From Eledone cirrhosa (lineage: Eukaryota), in assembly GCA_964016885.1 (NCBI GenBank), contig OZ024742.1, forward strand, positions 208,878,001-208,942,000: a DNA stretch of 64,000 nucleotides, in the 5' to 3' direction. Under the pieces are notes generated by a model. The model saw nothing but the letters and a program-made list of their open reading frames with translations. It was not told the DNA's origin and searched no databases. Shown here piece by piece: positions 41,339 to 55,820 of this stretch. Within the stretch, counting starts at the first letter, position 1, and each line of letters begins with the position of its first letter. A program made the position numbers and the translations under genes.

Positions 41339-43240
41339 ACGTGAACGAACCCACAAAAGAAGCAGTACAATAAAGAAATATATTAGTTTAACGCTCGGTG
41401 TTTGTTTGCGTGTTCGTCTGTGAGTGTATGTATGTGTGTGTGTGTGTGTGCATTGGAGTGTGTACGTAGAATTTTCAAATTACAATTTCCTTTGTATATT
41501 TATACTACTTATATGTTTCTGATGAATACTGAATACGTGTATCTTTCCCCCGGGAGTGACCTCACACATACAAACTGTAAACAAACACAAATGCTTCGAG
41601 AATTTTAAACCCGCACGACTGCTGCAATTGTATAGGGAATGTCAAGTAAGTTGAAATAGGAGGACTATGTTGTTGCCTAGTTACATAAAGTTGGTAAACA
41701 GAGGAAACAGGAGAGACAGGAAGTTATTCACATAGTTGATCCATGTTGAGATATTTTTGACTTATGATATTACATTTCAGAGATATATTATTATTCTATT
41801 ATATTAGTATTCCATTCGATTTGTTATCGAAGTATTATAAATCAGTAATAATTTATTTAGAGGCTGAACTAACGTAAATTTCATGTTTATGTAGGCTTCG
41901 TGGTCATTGACGTCGTTGGCGTTGCTCTCGTCTAACTAAGGTCAGCCATAACTAAGAGGATCTATAATCAAAGACATATATATATACGTTATTATCGTAT
42001 ATTTGTGTTTATGTTGTGCAATTTATGATCCTTTTAAGACAGTCCAGTTCGTTTGATATATGAGAAAGATTTGGTGTTTATGTCTAGCAAATTTACGGAC
42101 CATGTATACATTCTCGCCTTGTGGTAATTCCACTGAAATCAACTCCATTTACAATACATTTTATGGACGCCTGTTGGACTTGAACATAGCGAATGGTGGG
42201 TTTAAAAAAATACTGTAACTGCAGAGAATACACACCATTTTTTTTTTCAAATTTCTAAGATTTAGTTTGTAGGAAATCACAATATCCAAGGTTTTCGAAT
42301 GACACCCGCGGCCTTTGAGTTTAATCATTGTATGTCCCATTTGAACAGATTGCGATATAACACCTGCAGATACAATATAGGCAGAGAAGGATCTTTATGA
42401 AGAATGTTCTGGACAGAAAGTACTTTGTGAAATGGTTAGTACGGAAATATAGGGACACAGCAAGAGTGACGTGAGAAGATTTAGTCAGGTCGATATCAAA
42501 TGATATGGCATGACATCAACAAATTCTGAGTAACAAGATCACTGATGTAAAGGTAAAATAAAAAATGAGAACTTAGAACATAAGATCCAAAATTTGGAAA
42601 GTCTTTTTTTCGGAATGAGGAAGGAGTCTAAAAATGAATCCTAATCAGTCAAATGCTTCGTTTAAATGTGTGATAGGATGTCCGTATATGTTCCCTACAC
42701 CATATGGTGAATCTCACGGGAACTTTGAATATGGGTTTGTTATTGATGTTTTCTTAAGTATTTTCTAGCTCGGTAGAGGAAACCGTCTTTCTTTGAATTT
42801 AGTTTTTATATTGTTGCTTATTTATTTAGCTTCAAACTGTTGTATCATTGGAAGAGAGTAAATAGATTCCATAGTGTTAAAGACTGCGTTAATATTGATT
42901 TCCTTTGGTCAGGCAGAATAGGTCTGATTTGGCGAAATAGGTTGACGTTCATGCCAACACTTTCCAATCGAGAATCGAGATCAGAGATATATCGGTGTGT
43001 GTTGGATGGGAGCTTTGTACATTATTTACGGTGTGTTTTGATAAAACTATCATAGTTCACAACTACGTACCACAATGGGTTTTGGAAAGTGAAAAATGTT
43101 GCTATATTTCAAGCGCTGCTTTGTCTTCTGTCTCTCTACTCATCTCTCTCTTCATTTATCGATCAGTCTATCTATCTGCTTGTCTATTGTCTCTCTATGT
43201 CAAGCTCTCTCTCTCTCTCTCTCAGCATGTATATATACAA

Positions 43241-43421
43241 ATAATTATTTCTACTTTAGGCACAAGGCCAGCAAATACCCAATACATTACTGGTACTTTA
43301 TTTTATCGACCCCGTAAGGATGAAAGGCAAAGTTAACCTCGGCGGGATTTGAGCTCAGACTGTAAAGGGACGTAACTATGCTAGGAAGCATGGCGTCCAA
43401 CCTTCTACCGATACTGCCAAT
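43241..43421 (-). mobile_element. SINE, near full length
   Basis: Reverse complement of SINE consensus. Confidence 0.9.
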
Positions 43422-43861
43422 GAATCAAAACATATCAAATATATTTAGAATAGTGTGTTTCTCAATAAGCAAGCTCAATAGACATTATGCAGAGCCATGA
43501 TAACTAAATAAAGAGATATATGTTTATAAATAGAGAGAAAGAACCATATATTGCACGAGAAACAGGGTATATTGTATATATACCAAATACATATTCTGTA
43601 GTAGAATACGTACAAAGGTGGAATCAAAAGTGAAACCTTATAACGTTATTTTATACCTTTACTTTTGTACGTATTCTTCTATAGAATATGTATTTAGTAT
43701 GTATACAATATACCGTGTTTCTCGTGCGATATATGGCTATTTTTCTCTTTATATATATTCATATATCTCTTTATTTGGTTATCATAGCTCTGGAAAATAT
43801 CTATTGAGCTTGTTTATTGAGAAACAATATTCTAAACGTATTTCATATGCTTTGATTCATT
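43419..43861. repeat. ~198-bp imperfect inverted repeat
   Basis: ~43419-43616 / ~43664-43861; no HHR core found. Confidence 0.85.
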
Positions 43862-43868
43862 ATTTGTA

Positions 43869-43981
43869 TTCAAATCCCGCCAAGGTTAACTTTGCCTTTC
43901 ATCCTTACGGGGTCGATAAAATAAGGTACCAGTAATACACTGGGTAATGTCTGGCCTTGTACCAAAAGTAGAAACAATTAT
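43869..43981 (+). mobile_element. 5'-truncated SINE
   Basis: SINE core and tail. Confidence 0.85.
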
Positions 43982-43994
43982 TTGTATTTAACGC

Positions 43995-44490
43995 CTCCAG
44001 GCTTCTTAAATTGTTGAGCTCGGACGCCTTGCTTCCCTGGGCGTGGATACATTGAAACTCCGACGCCTGGCAACTGACTTAGTAAACACCCACAAAATTC
44101 TTAAAAATCTTGCCAAAAACAACCCTGAGTAACTTTTTGATTTCTATGTGCCTAATGCACGTGGGCATGCCTACAAAGTCAGAAAACAGCACAGCTCCCA
44201 TGAAACATTTTTTCACGCTCAGAGTTGCTGAAGCATAGAACAAATTACCTGCATCGGTTGTTAGCTGTCAGGATACTGCATCCTTTAAAACGTCCATGCT
44301 TCCTGAAATTCGCCAACACTATACCTGATATCCCGCCTCCATACACACTCACATATGTATATCATGACACACACACTGTTCACTTCCTGAAATTTGTACA
44401 TTATTCTATTTACTATACATGCACCTTTTTCAGGAGTTGTAGTGCACCCGAGCACTGTACACAATAATTTCATTATTATTATTATTATTA
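43995..44490 (+). mobile_element. CR1-type LINE 3' end
   Basis: RLASLGVDTLKLRRLATDL..RGHAYKVRKQ..FTLRV..NKLPASVV..ASFK; (ATT)n tail. Confidence 0.8.
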
Positions 44491-44494
44491 TTTC

Positions 44495-47400
44495 ATTTAT
44501 CTTGATTTATGTTCATACGAGTTATCACCAAGTCACAACCAGTGACCTCAAGAGATAACAAGGTCCACCATGCTCAAGAAAGAACACATACACACATACA
44601 TGTATCTTTAGGTGTTTAGACTTGTGATGTATTTATATTGACAGAATACTTCCTTAGTATATGAGCAGTCCCATTTGTACTATATTTTGTATTTCTTCGC
44701 GGGTTTCCTGGGATTTGGGATAAGTAATCATTAGACCCTTTACGTATCATTCCTAGAGCGCCTACAACCACTGGTTTTGTCTTAGTTCTCAATTTCCACA
44801 TTTTCCCATTTTCTATCTCCAGGTCTTTATACTTGCTCAATTTTTCAAAAGTTTTTATAGATACATTCTTGTCTATTGGAACGGACATATCAATTAGCAG
44901 GCATACCCTCTTGTATACAATGTATGTATTGTGCAGCTCTGTCATGCCTGTTTAGGTATTCGGTTGGAGCTATAGGACTGCACATTGAAATTATATGGTC
45001 AATGGTCTCTGGTTGTTTTTTACATACACGACATAATGGGTTGCTTCCATTTTTTATTCTGTTGGCTTGGTAATTTTTGGTTGGCAGATGTGCTGATATA
45101 ATTAGTCCTTCAGTCTCCGATTTCATTCCAGAGGATGCCAATCACTGATGGGTTAAAGTGTTGTCAACATCAGGATTGTTAGCTCTTTCTGGTTTGTTTC
45201 CATACAGAGGCTTTTCTTGCCATTTCTTAGCCAGTTTCTGTAGCAGTTCTTTCTTTGCAGTTACTTTAACATGCCTTGCTTTTTCTGTGTTTTTCATTTC
45301 AGCAGTAAATGGAACTTCTGAAATTTGTAGTCCATTACTGTATCTTTGTGCATCTTTTGTAATGGAGTATGATCTTTTGATGCTTTCGTGTTTCATAACG
45401 AGTTTGATCATCCAATCATGTGATTCTCTTAGATGTGTAGATAATCCAATTGTTGCAGTTCTGCATTAACCCACGTCCTCCTTCTTTCCTAGAGAGATAC
45501 ATTCTATCTGTATCTTCCTTACGGTGATGCATTCTGTGCATGGTTAAGTATTTTCTAATTTTGGTATCGACCCTACGGATCTCTGTGCTTGAACAGTTGA
45601 TCACATTGTAACTCTAGCTTACTATTCGTATGGCAAGCGTTTTTATGGCATCGATCCTATTCCTTGCGTTCAATTCCGTTAAGATTACTCTGGCTCTGCG
45701 GTAGCATTCCTTCCTTATCCTTTCCCTCATTGTCGAGTGCTTGATTCCCTCTCCTTCACAAACACCTAGATATTTGTGTTTTCTCTTGATCAAGTTCTCT
45801 TATCACATTACCCCGATCAAGATTAATGTCTCTCCATCTTTCCTCTGGTGAACGTTGCTTTGGCATATTTATCTAGTCCAAACTCCATTTTAATGTCATC
45901 ACTGAACTACTTCACAGTGGATAATAGCCCTTGCAATTGTTCATCATTTTTTGCAAATAGTTTCAGGTCATCCATGTAGAACAAGTGATTAATGGTTTTG
46001 TCATAGACTTTATATCCATGTTTTGTTTCATTGAGTATTTTACTTAACGGTATAAGTGCGATGCAGAATAAAAGCGGTGATAAAGAGTCACCCTGAAAAA
46101 TTCCACAATTAATATTAACTTCTCCAGCTTCCAGTGATTTTTTTACACTATTCAAAAGGAGTGTCGTTTTCCATGTCTTAATACTGAATGACAAAAACCT
46201 CCTGACAACGGGAGATAATTTGAAAATTTATAAACATTTTTCAATCCAACTGTGTGGCCAACTATCGAATGCTTTTTTGTAATCTATCCAAGCAATTGAT
46301 AGATTTTTGTGTCTATTATGACAATCTTCCAGTATCATTTTGTTAACCAAAAGCTGATCTTTACAGCCATATGTGCCTCGTTTTCACCCTTTCTGCTCAA
46401 CGGGAAATAGGTCTTTTGTTATCAGGTGATCATATGTATATTCAGTTAGGACTGATGTTAAAATGTTATACATTGCGGTCAAGCAAGTTATCGGTCTGTA
46501 ATTTTGGGGTTTGCTTGTTTCATCATTCTTCGAAAGTAGGAATGTAATGCCGTTAACTAGCCATGATGTTATCTCTTCTGGCTCCTTAACTATTTCATTG
46601 TAAAGTTGGGCTAACATCTCATGAGACTCTGTGAAGGCATTTATCCAAAAATTTTGTATTTTGTCTTTTCCTGGGGATTTCCATTTGCTGGTTTTTTGCT
46701 GTTCAATGTTTGTTCCTCAAGGTGAGCTGTATCTTTCATTTGTCTGTCTATCCTTGGGGCCTGTATATTATGAACTTTTTCTTCGGCCCAGATCTTTTTC
46801 CAGCATTCTTGCACTTCCTCCTTGGGTGGTATTGATTTAGCAGTTATTGTTGACTTGCCAATTTTTCTGTAGAAGTTTCTTTGGTTGTTTTTGAACATAT
46901 TATTCTCCTTATAGAATCTAGATCGTTTTTCAAAGCGTCTTATACGAGCAGCTTTGGCCGACACTTTTTGCTTGATTATTTCTATCAGCATGTCTATGTC
47001 ACTTGTTGATTTTACACTGTATTTTCTTTTCAATTTCAAGTTTTCTATGTTTAACTGTATTTTCTTTTCAATTTCAAGTTTTGTTTGTTTAACATGTTCA
47101 CCTACTTTGTAGTTTGTTAAGATTTCTATCAGATGGGAGAAGGTTTATCTGGCGATTGATGTTCTCTTGCCAAGTAGGTTTCTTGTGGGAATTCCTTTGT
47201 CTTTTCACTTTCACTCCACATAAGTGAGTGGTAACTTTAGCCGATGCATAATAGAGATGATTTAGATCAGTAATGTTTAGTTTGTTTGTAATGATAATGT
47301 TTTTGAGAATTATGTTAGTCTTATGTATTATCTTTCAGTTCTGTTTGGTTTTCTGGATCTTAGGGAGAGAGTCTCGTTGCCCCATGTCAGATTCTTTTAT

Positions 47401-48260
47401 TTTCACCCATTCGATCATAATTTCATCTTTCAAGTTGGCAAGTTCATTCTCATTCATTTCTTTATCATTTACGATCTCATTGTTTTCAGTTGAGTTTCAT
47501 CTTGAGCATGCACTCCCTACACTTTTTCGACCCTTTCTTGTATTTGTTCTGCTGTCAGTGATTCCGCCCCAACTTTGGGATTCGAAGTGTTACAATTTAT
47601 CTCGGTTTTACTGACATATGTTTCATTTTCCCTTCGCTGACTTTGTGCTAAGTGCTTGATCTGATCACTTTCTATATCACTTTCTTCATATATTGGCTAG
47701 TTTGTTACTGTCAATATAGCCGCTGTTTTCGGGATGTTTCATTTTCCAGTTGATATATTTCTGTTCTGTATTCGATCCATTTGATGGGCAGTACATGGCA
47801 GTGTAGAAAGCCTCAAGGATTCTTTAGTGTCTTCCCTTGACCATTTTACTCTCTTTTTCTTTGGATTTCTTGGTGGTGAGCATGGAGGGCCAACAGTAGG
47901 AGTATTCCGTTTATGGGAGGTCTCCAGCTGCGAATTGATGGGAAGGTTTGAACCATTAGCTGATTTTTCGATCCCAGTCTGGTTTCTCTCTGAGGCACGC
48001 GGCCCTTTTTGACCCGGGTGACGGCCGATCCGGTATGACATTTTATCATTTGACATTGACTTTATTTTTTTTTGCGTTTTATCCATAACCGCCAAGGGGT
48101 AATCATTTCGTGTTACCACTCCTGGGACGAGTGTCAACCAAGACTAGAGGGGTCGTCGTCCCCTAGAAACACGGCTATTCCTCGTTGGCCGCCATCCCGG
48201 TATTTCTTGGTCACAGGGTTTGTTTTTTTTTTGGTTTTTAAATTGTTATTGTCATGATTG
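44495..48260 (-). mobile_element. Degenerate R4/Dong-clade non-LTR retrotransposon (RT + CCHC + RLE)
   Basis: NYRPITCL..EQKG; GIFQGDSLSPLLF; HLFYMDDLKL; CRVC..ETIDHIISMC; LIDMSVP..EKLSKYKDL; many stops/frameshifts. Confidence 0.9.
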
Positions 48261-49088
48261 GGTCCTTAATGTGAGCACTGCGTAGCTTAAGCATGAAATT
48301 ATTATTAATAATATATACTTTTTATTGAAGTTGCCTGTTGTTGTTGTTGGCTGTGTCGGTGGTGGTGCTGGGGCTTTTTCTATTGTTGGTGTTGAATGGG
48401 GGGGGGGCAATAGTGCCAAAGTTGTTGACGTTTGACCGAGTCACTAAGTCAGTCTATTTATATATTTTGCTAGCCTCTCCCTTGTCTAGTGATACCGCCA
48501 ACTTCCCCTTTCTTAAGTTAACAGAAGGTAGTGGGGTAGTAATTGTGGCTGCGGTGATGGGATAGTGGTAGCAATGATGGAGTGGTGGCGGCGGTGTCTG
48601 CAGTTATGGCGTTGTCGCTACTTAGTTCTTTTGAATAGACTGTAGCTATTATGCGTTTGATTGATCTGTATAACTATGCGGTTTGTCGCCTATGTTTAAT
48701 ATATATGTTGACATATTTCCTTAATATTTGAATTAAACATTTTGATAAAACTTGAGATACAATAATAGTAATTATTATTATTATGCTGGGATTGGTGGTG
48801 GCTGTTGTATTTAGTGTACACAGAGGGGTGGTGGGATAGGTGGTGTATCTAGGTTGTGGTGGTGGTGAAATTGCTGTTATTTGGCTGTTCTATTTAGTGT
48901 AGACAGAGGGGGTTTTCTTCCATTTATAACCATTTTTTTTAATGTAAAATTTATAATGCAAAATTAAATATCTGAGGCATATAACAGAATATTATGGGTC
49001 TCATTTCCTGAGAGCTAAGACTGGTGCCGTATCTCCCATTTGTACTAAGAATTGTTATATCACAATTGCGTCTTTATTATTATTATTA

Positions 49089-49279
49089 TGGATTGGCAGT
49101 ATCGGTAGAGAGTCGGACACCATGCTTTGAAGCATAGAGTTACGTCCCTTTATGATCTGAGGTCAAATCCCGCCGAGGTTAACTTTGCCTTTCATCCTTA
49201 CGGGGTCGATAAAATAAGTACCAGTAATGTATTGGGTGATTGCTGGCTTGTGCCTAAAATAGAAACAATTATTATTATT
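49089..49279 (+). mobile_element. SINE, near full length
   Basis: ggattggcagtatcggtagag..(att)n. Confidence 0.9.
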
Positions 49280-49462
49280 GAGTCTGAAGGACGTCTTTTT
49301 GCTCGCTCTCGTAAGTTCACTTATTTACCTGTCAAAACTGATTTATTGAATTTGTTGTTGTTGTGTAAGGCATACAAGCCCTTGGACTTTGCCCTGTGAA
49401 TAGGAGAGAATAATATTTGGACCTTTTAGCCCAAATATTTGAACTTTTTTACATTTTAAAAA

Positions 49463-51460
49463 ATGATCGAGAGAAAAAAACAAAATAAAAACATGGCTGA
49501 GCCGCGCCCCCCAGCGATATGTCTTCTGTCGTGCGACAACGACGCAAAAGTTGAGAGGAGCGCTACAGCGAAATTAACAGAAATTGATAACACAAACACC
49601 ACCACAAACAATGTAAACAAAGACACCAATGATACCAATGAAAACTCTAATTTTGAAAAAATGACAGTAACAGCAACAACCAAAATACTGATAGCAAAAG
49701 AAAATGCCAAATGCAACAACAATATCAACACCACTAACATGAAAAAAAATAGCGACAACACCAACAGCAACAATACCAACTGCACTGAGAACAACGGTGG
49801 CAACAAAGACAACAATGATAACAGCGACAGTGATAACAACAACAACAAAAAGAACAACAACAACGACAACAACACCCCCAACGACAACAAGAAGAACACT
49901 TTCGCTGCGGCAGCAAAAGAGGCCATGCTTCAACATGGACCTCTCAAACAAAGATGAAAAGTTGGCCCAGGCATGGAAGCTCATCAAGTAAGAGCAAACC
50001 TGGGTCAACTTAACTGTCCCGGTAGAAGCTATTGAGTCAGTGGAGCGCAGAACGGTGCAGTATAGATGCATCTCAGCACAAACCAAAAGGGCAGCTTTAA
50101 ATCCACAAGCAGATGTCGAAATCGCGCTGAAGTGCATTAGAGAAGACACCGAATACATAGCGTGGGGCAGACAGTACGGCACCATTTCTGTGCTGTTCAA
50201 GTCAGAAGCCCTCGCTATGAAACACGCTATGACTCCTTGCAAAACCAGCAAGGTCATAATGTACCCCTCCCACATGGGAAAAAGAACAGCCCGTCTCTGC
50301 ATTCCCAGAATCCCACCAGGACTTGACATGTGGTGGCTCTGGGATGTGCGATTGTGGTGGGAACGGATACCGTCTCGATAGAAGTGACCATAACGGCCAG
50401 AGAGGACTGGTCCGGGGTTGACATGGAGATCCTTCTCCAGATCAGACCGGAGAATGTGAAGACAATTCCAGACCACATCTGCCTTCAGAATGGGACGGTC
50501 ATTCATATTATGACCGAGGGCAAAAGGTCGCATTGTTTTGTTTGTGGGGAAAAAATCAATTTGCGAGCCTTCTGCCCTCAACTGCTGAAAGATGTAAGGG
50601 GTCGAAAGGCTCCATTGCTGCCGACGCCGGGGCGAGGAGTACAACCAACACCAGCACCGGCAAAACCACCAAGAACAACACCAATAGAAAGACCACCACC
50701 AACATTGACCAGCCAGGGGGGAAACGAGGAAAGTTGTCAAATTTCCCGTCCCCCCCAAAAAAAAATACACACACCAATATAACCATAAACACACACACAG
50801 ACACACTTACAGACACAGACCCCTCATCTACCAGTAGTGAAGATGAGGGAAAACCAAAATCCCCCAAAATACAAAAAAAGGAAACACAAAAAGGAAAAAA
50901 AAACTCAACAAAGCACAAAATCACCCACAATAAAAAATGCAGACACCACCCCCGCAAACATCTCTCCATCATCAACACCACCATCACCATCACCAGAATC
51001 CCCCAAACGCAAACAACCTAAACAGACGCAAGAACAAATACACACACAAACATCTGAAACCAAAGACACCGCACTCACAACAAACACAGACACAACCGAA
51101 ACAACACCACGAAAACCATCACCACCACAGCCACGCAAACAAATAAAATCACACCAACAAAACATACAAAACTTCGTGCTCGTCAGGAGGGCCAACAAGG
51201 GACTGATGGCCCTCGTTGCACGAAGTAAAAATATACAAAAAGAGGGGGAAATTTTTTAATCGAGCACATTTCGCCTGCCGGAAGATTTGGTTCTGGTGCG
51301 AATGTCGCTCGATTTATACAAAGAAATATAAGACAGCTTTCCTTGGGACGTGGGAACCTCGAACGTAAAACCCACTTCAAGACTTTTAAAAGGGTTCCCA
51401 AAAGAAACCCCACCAACTATGGAGGGCGAACCACCCGACCTTCACAAGAGCCCGGAAGGT
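49463..51460 (+). pseudogene. L1/Tx1 ORF1 (gag-like), disrupted
   Basis: Asn-rich N-terminus, FAAAAK motif, decayed knuckle CFVCGEKINLRAFC, Pro/Thr/Lys-rich tail. Confidence 0.65.
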
Positions 51461-51498
51461 AAGTAAACCTTTCCCCTCTCTCTTTTTAACCTGCCAAA

Positions 51499-54400
51499 AT
51501 GGCCGTATTACGAGTAGGAAGTTTAAACGTTCGAAATCCTGGGATCGTCCTGGAAGCAGGGTCACCTGCTCAAAGACCTCAGATTTCTAGAAATGGATGT
51601 AATTGCCGTCAGTGAGACTAGGATTTTCGACACGTGCGCACTAGCCCCCATTTTCAACGACTATCAGATCTTTGCATCTGTTAGCCGGCCGGGAATGAGA
51701 GGTGGGGTGGCAGTGCTGTTTAGGAAAGTCCTGGATCGAGGTAAGGTCGATCTTCCGGGACCCGGACGGAAAGTTGGTGGTCCTGGACGTGAACAATAAC
51801 GATGGTCGTGCCTTTAGACTGGTGGCCGTCTATGCCACTACTGGGGCAGGACTGCCGGACTTCTTTAGACGCCTGGAAGCATTTCTGGGTACGTCTCGCC
51901 CTTTACTGTTAGCGGGGGTCTGGAACGGCATCTTGGACGCACGCTGGGACTGTGTGGGAGTATCCGATAGGAGCGGGGGTGCAAAAGCCTCAAGAACCTG
52001 ATCAGCCAGTTCTAACTGTCTGACAGGTACCGACTAGATTTCCTAATGCGCCAGTGTGGACCTGGACTAACCGCATAGGGTCCTCTAGATCGTATATAGA
52101 CAGGATATTCATTAGGAAAATAGACAGAAATAGTGTAAGCTGTCCACGTTTTAAAACGGTCGCCTATTCAGATCGCAAGTTTGTGATCTGTATGGTCGAC
52201 CTAGATAAGACGCGTAGGTTAGGACCTGGTTACTGGAAGCTAAACATGTCATTTCCGGCACGTAAGGCTTACAGGGAACAGGTCAACAATTGTGTTAAGA
52301 AAAAGTTTCCAGAGGGAGTCGTCAACAATAGATGGTGGGGGACTCTCAAAAGAGATATTAGAGTAATGTCGATAGAGTTTAGCAAAGAAGTAGCGTTAGA
52401 GAAAAATAGAAAGGAGGGGGAGTTGGTAGATAAGTTAGACGAGGCTATTGTTAGTGGCATTGCAACTGACCTGCTAGCGGCGAGAATGGCATTAGACCAT
52501 TTCTTCAATGCGAAACACGAAGGTTGCATTGTCAGAGCTAAGGCGCGTGCTCTGAGAAACGAGGGAACCAAAGCTGTTCGATGGGCCCGCGTGGCAGAGG
52601 CGCAGCGTAGTAAGAAAACCACGATTAATAAGGCGCAAGTCACCCGGTTTGGATGGCCTGCCCTACGAGCTTTACGTAAATATGCCAAACTTGTTCTCCG
52701 AACTCCTCGAAGCACTCTACTGCAACTGGCAGCAGAATGGGAGTATTCCCAGTTGTGTGAGCAGGGGAGTGGTGACGCTGATAAGGAAAGACGAGAACAA
52801 GAGGGATACATTAGACAACTTCAGGCCCATAACTCTGCTCAACACAGAGTTTAAGATTTTGGCCAAGGTGTTAGCAAAGAGATTGGCGCTTGTCGTCGAG
52901 GATTTGGTTGGGGAGGCGCAAACTCTGCGCAATCCCAGCCAGGTCCATACACGACAATCTCCACCTCATGCGATACATCATAGTGAGGGTAGCTAGGGAA
53001 CCTGGCTTCGGTGGGGCACTGATCAATTTAGATCAATCGAAAGCATTCGATAGGGTCGACCATCGGTATCTGTAGTTTGTCCTGAAAGCAGCTGGCTTCG
53101 GCCCTGTCTTTAGAAACTGGATCGTTGCAATGCACACGACACATGCTCGGTGGTCAAGGTTAATGGCCATCTCTCGGAACCATTTAGGCTCTCCCGATCG
53201 ATCCGTCAAGGGTGCACTCTCTCTTCCTTTCTGTACGTATTGACTCTCGAGCCTTTACTGCGGAAGCTGGAGCTGTTGCAGGGCATCCCGCTCGAACCGG
53301 GACGTGGAAAGGAGGTGTCGGCTTATGTGGACGACATCACCGGGATGGTGTCGAACACCTCAGAAATCGAGGTGGTCGGCACCTTATTGAAGGAATATGT
53401 ATAGGTTGACAGGAGCCAAACTTAACCCGGAAAAGTCGGTGGGCTTGCAGCTCGGAACCTGGAGAGGCAAGCCCATGCCGTCCAACAGCGTCGTGGGCTC
53501 TGGACGGTGGGCCGGTAAAGTTGCTCGGGGTTTGGTTCGGACCAGACCTCCAGGTGGAAAAGAATTGGGACGAGGTAACGAGCAGAGTAGCCAGTCTCAC
53601 CCAAAAATGGACTGGGAGGAAGCTATCACTGAAAGGTCGCGCGGAGGTGGCGAATTCGTACATCGCGTCCGTCATCTACTACCGCCTGACCGTCGTGCCT
53701 TTCCCCCATCCGCGCCTCGTCAAGCTGGAACGGCTCCTCTTCAAATTCTTGTGGAGGGGACAAGTTCCGTTGGTGAGGCGGTCCATCTGCTGCCAGCACC
53801 CTCTACGCGGAGGGCTGGGCATGCCGTGGCTAATGATGCGCAGACATGCGTTGAGGCTGCGACATCTCCAGATATTCTGCCTCAACGGTGAACAGGTGTG
53901 GTCGCCGTTTATCAGACGGGCCTTTCCGCAGCTCATTTCTTTGACTGAGCTGCAGTCCTGGGTCAAGAAGAGACCGAGACTGGGTGACTGGCACCTGGAA
54001 TGTTGCCAGGCACTCACTGCCCTCTACCAAGCGGGCAATGCGATCAGTGGAACTTCCACTCTCGAGTTCTATAGAGGATTAGTGGTGGGCAAGTGCGATG
54101 ACGCACTCGGAGAAGCTTTGGGCCTCGACTAAGTCGAACTGACCAGTCTGTACCGGAGGACTTTTGAGCCGGGGACGATGGACAATTTCCAGAAATCCCT
54201 CGCTTGGCAGTGCTACCGGGGGGGGGGGGGGCCCTGCCGGTTTGGGATAAACTCTACAGGCACGGAAGTACTGTCAGACGGACCTGCCCAAGATGCGCAC
54301 AGAACGACGAAACCGTTCTGCACGCACTTGTCCAATGTCCATGTATTACTGACTTGTGGAGTTATGTCGAACAGTTACTGTCGCGTGTAGAACGAATCCG

Positions 54401-54698
54401 GCTATCGGCCGAGTCCATAGTGAAGATCGTTCCACCGCCTTCCTTAGGTCAAGAAGAGCAGGAAATTTTCCTCTGTCTGGTGGCAGTTGCGAAAGAGATT
54501 ATATGGACCATGTTGAAAGGACTAAAGACGGACACTTTTCTCTTCGGCCAATCCCTCATCAACTTCTTCAAGTTTCACCTGGAAAGGAAAGTGAGGGTGG
54601 AGAGAGAAGTGCTGCCCCCCAGTACATTTGCTAAAATGTGGGTGAATGTGGCGAGAATGGCTCGTGTGAATGGGCCTACTCTGACCATGCGCCTATAG
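51499..54698 (+). pseudogene. L1/Tx1 ORF2 (APE endonuclease + RT + zinc finger), frameshifted
   Basis: GSLNVR, VSET, SYIDRIF, GYWKLN, DGLPYE, NFRPITLLN, DQSKAFDRVDH, RQGC.LS, AYVDD, CPRC..ETVLHALVQC. Confidence 0.93.
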
Positions 54699-55177
54699 GC
54701 TGGCTAACTTGAGGAGAGGGGTGCTCTCCCTGGGTGCCCTAGAAGCGCAGGGTGGTTCAGGATTGGTGGGCTACCCGAATCACCCCAGGGTCGTCCACCC
54801 CCTATCGGGGAATTTATTTTGTTATATTTATGCATAGTTTATTTTATATTTTTATATTTTCATTGTTAAATTAGTCTTGCCATTGTGCACTTTTACTCGA
54901 CCTTATTGTAAACCCCCACTGTCCCTGTCCTTGTATTGTCCCCTACATGTCGGCCCTCGTGGCTAATAAATGAAATCATTATTATTATTATTATTAATAT
55001 TATTACCGCACCTATTTCTAGTGTATTTGTCCCCTTCTTTTGTGCCCCTGTGGCTAATAAAGAAACATATGTATCTATGTCTCTCTATCTATCTATCTAT
55101 CAACCTATCTACCAACCTATTTATGAATCTATCTATCTATCAATGTGTCTAAAATTCAGTAGTTCTATCTGACAGCC

Positions 55178-55590
55178 ATTTTACCAGTGCTTTCTTGAAG
55201 ACAATAATTTATGTCTGTTTTTATTCATTAGAAAGAATAATATAAAATATTTATTTAATATGGATTTTAAAAAATATTTTATGATAATGAAAGTGAGGCT
55301 GGAATAAAATAACGGGCAAAAAATTTGAGGGGAAAAATATATAAATAAATAAATATCCAAAAAATAAACATACACATACTCAAACTCACGTATATACGTA
55401 TTATTACGTAAACGTTATATATATTATTCTTTCTGATGAAAGAAGACAGACATAAATATCTGTCTTCAAGAAACCACTGGTAAATGAATTAATTATCTTA
55501 TGTTGTTTATTATATAACTAAAAAGCTCTGTAGCCTACATAGAGCACTCTCTTTCCTTTTACCTTTCCTACGGAAATACTTCACACACAC
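55178..55590. mobile_element. pLTR fragment with short inverted copy
   Basis: ~55180-55250 is an inverted decayed copy of ~55415-55484. Confidence 0.7.
55426..55489 (+). ncRNA. Type I hammerhead ribozyme
   Basis: attcttt-CTGATGA-aa gaagacaga..tctgtcttc aa-GAAA-ccactg-GTA-aatgaat. Confidence 0.72.
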
Positions 55591-55595
55591 ATGTA

Positions 55596-55650
<55 letters not shown>

Positions 55651-55753
55651 GGTGGGTGTTATGTGCCTGAGTGTGTGTGCTTTTCCGTTATACGCTGAGA
55701 TGACTCACGTTACACATTTGCTGATGTTATATTACTTGTACACACATACACAC

Positions 55754-55820
<67 letters not shown>

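Larger units (their letters stand above)
49280..54997 (+). mobile_element. Near full-length degenerate L1/Tx1-clade LINE
   Basis: Two-ORF layout, 3' UTR with AATAAA and (ATT)n tail. Confidence 0.88.

Noticed and set aside
49574-50806. 410-aa minus-strand ORF
   Set aside because: Antisense shadow of the low-complexity LINE ORF1
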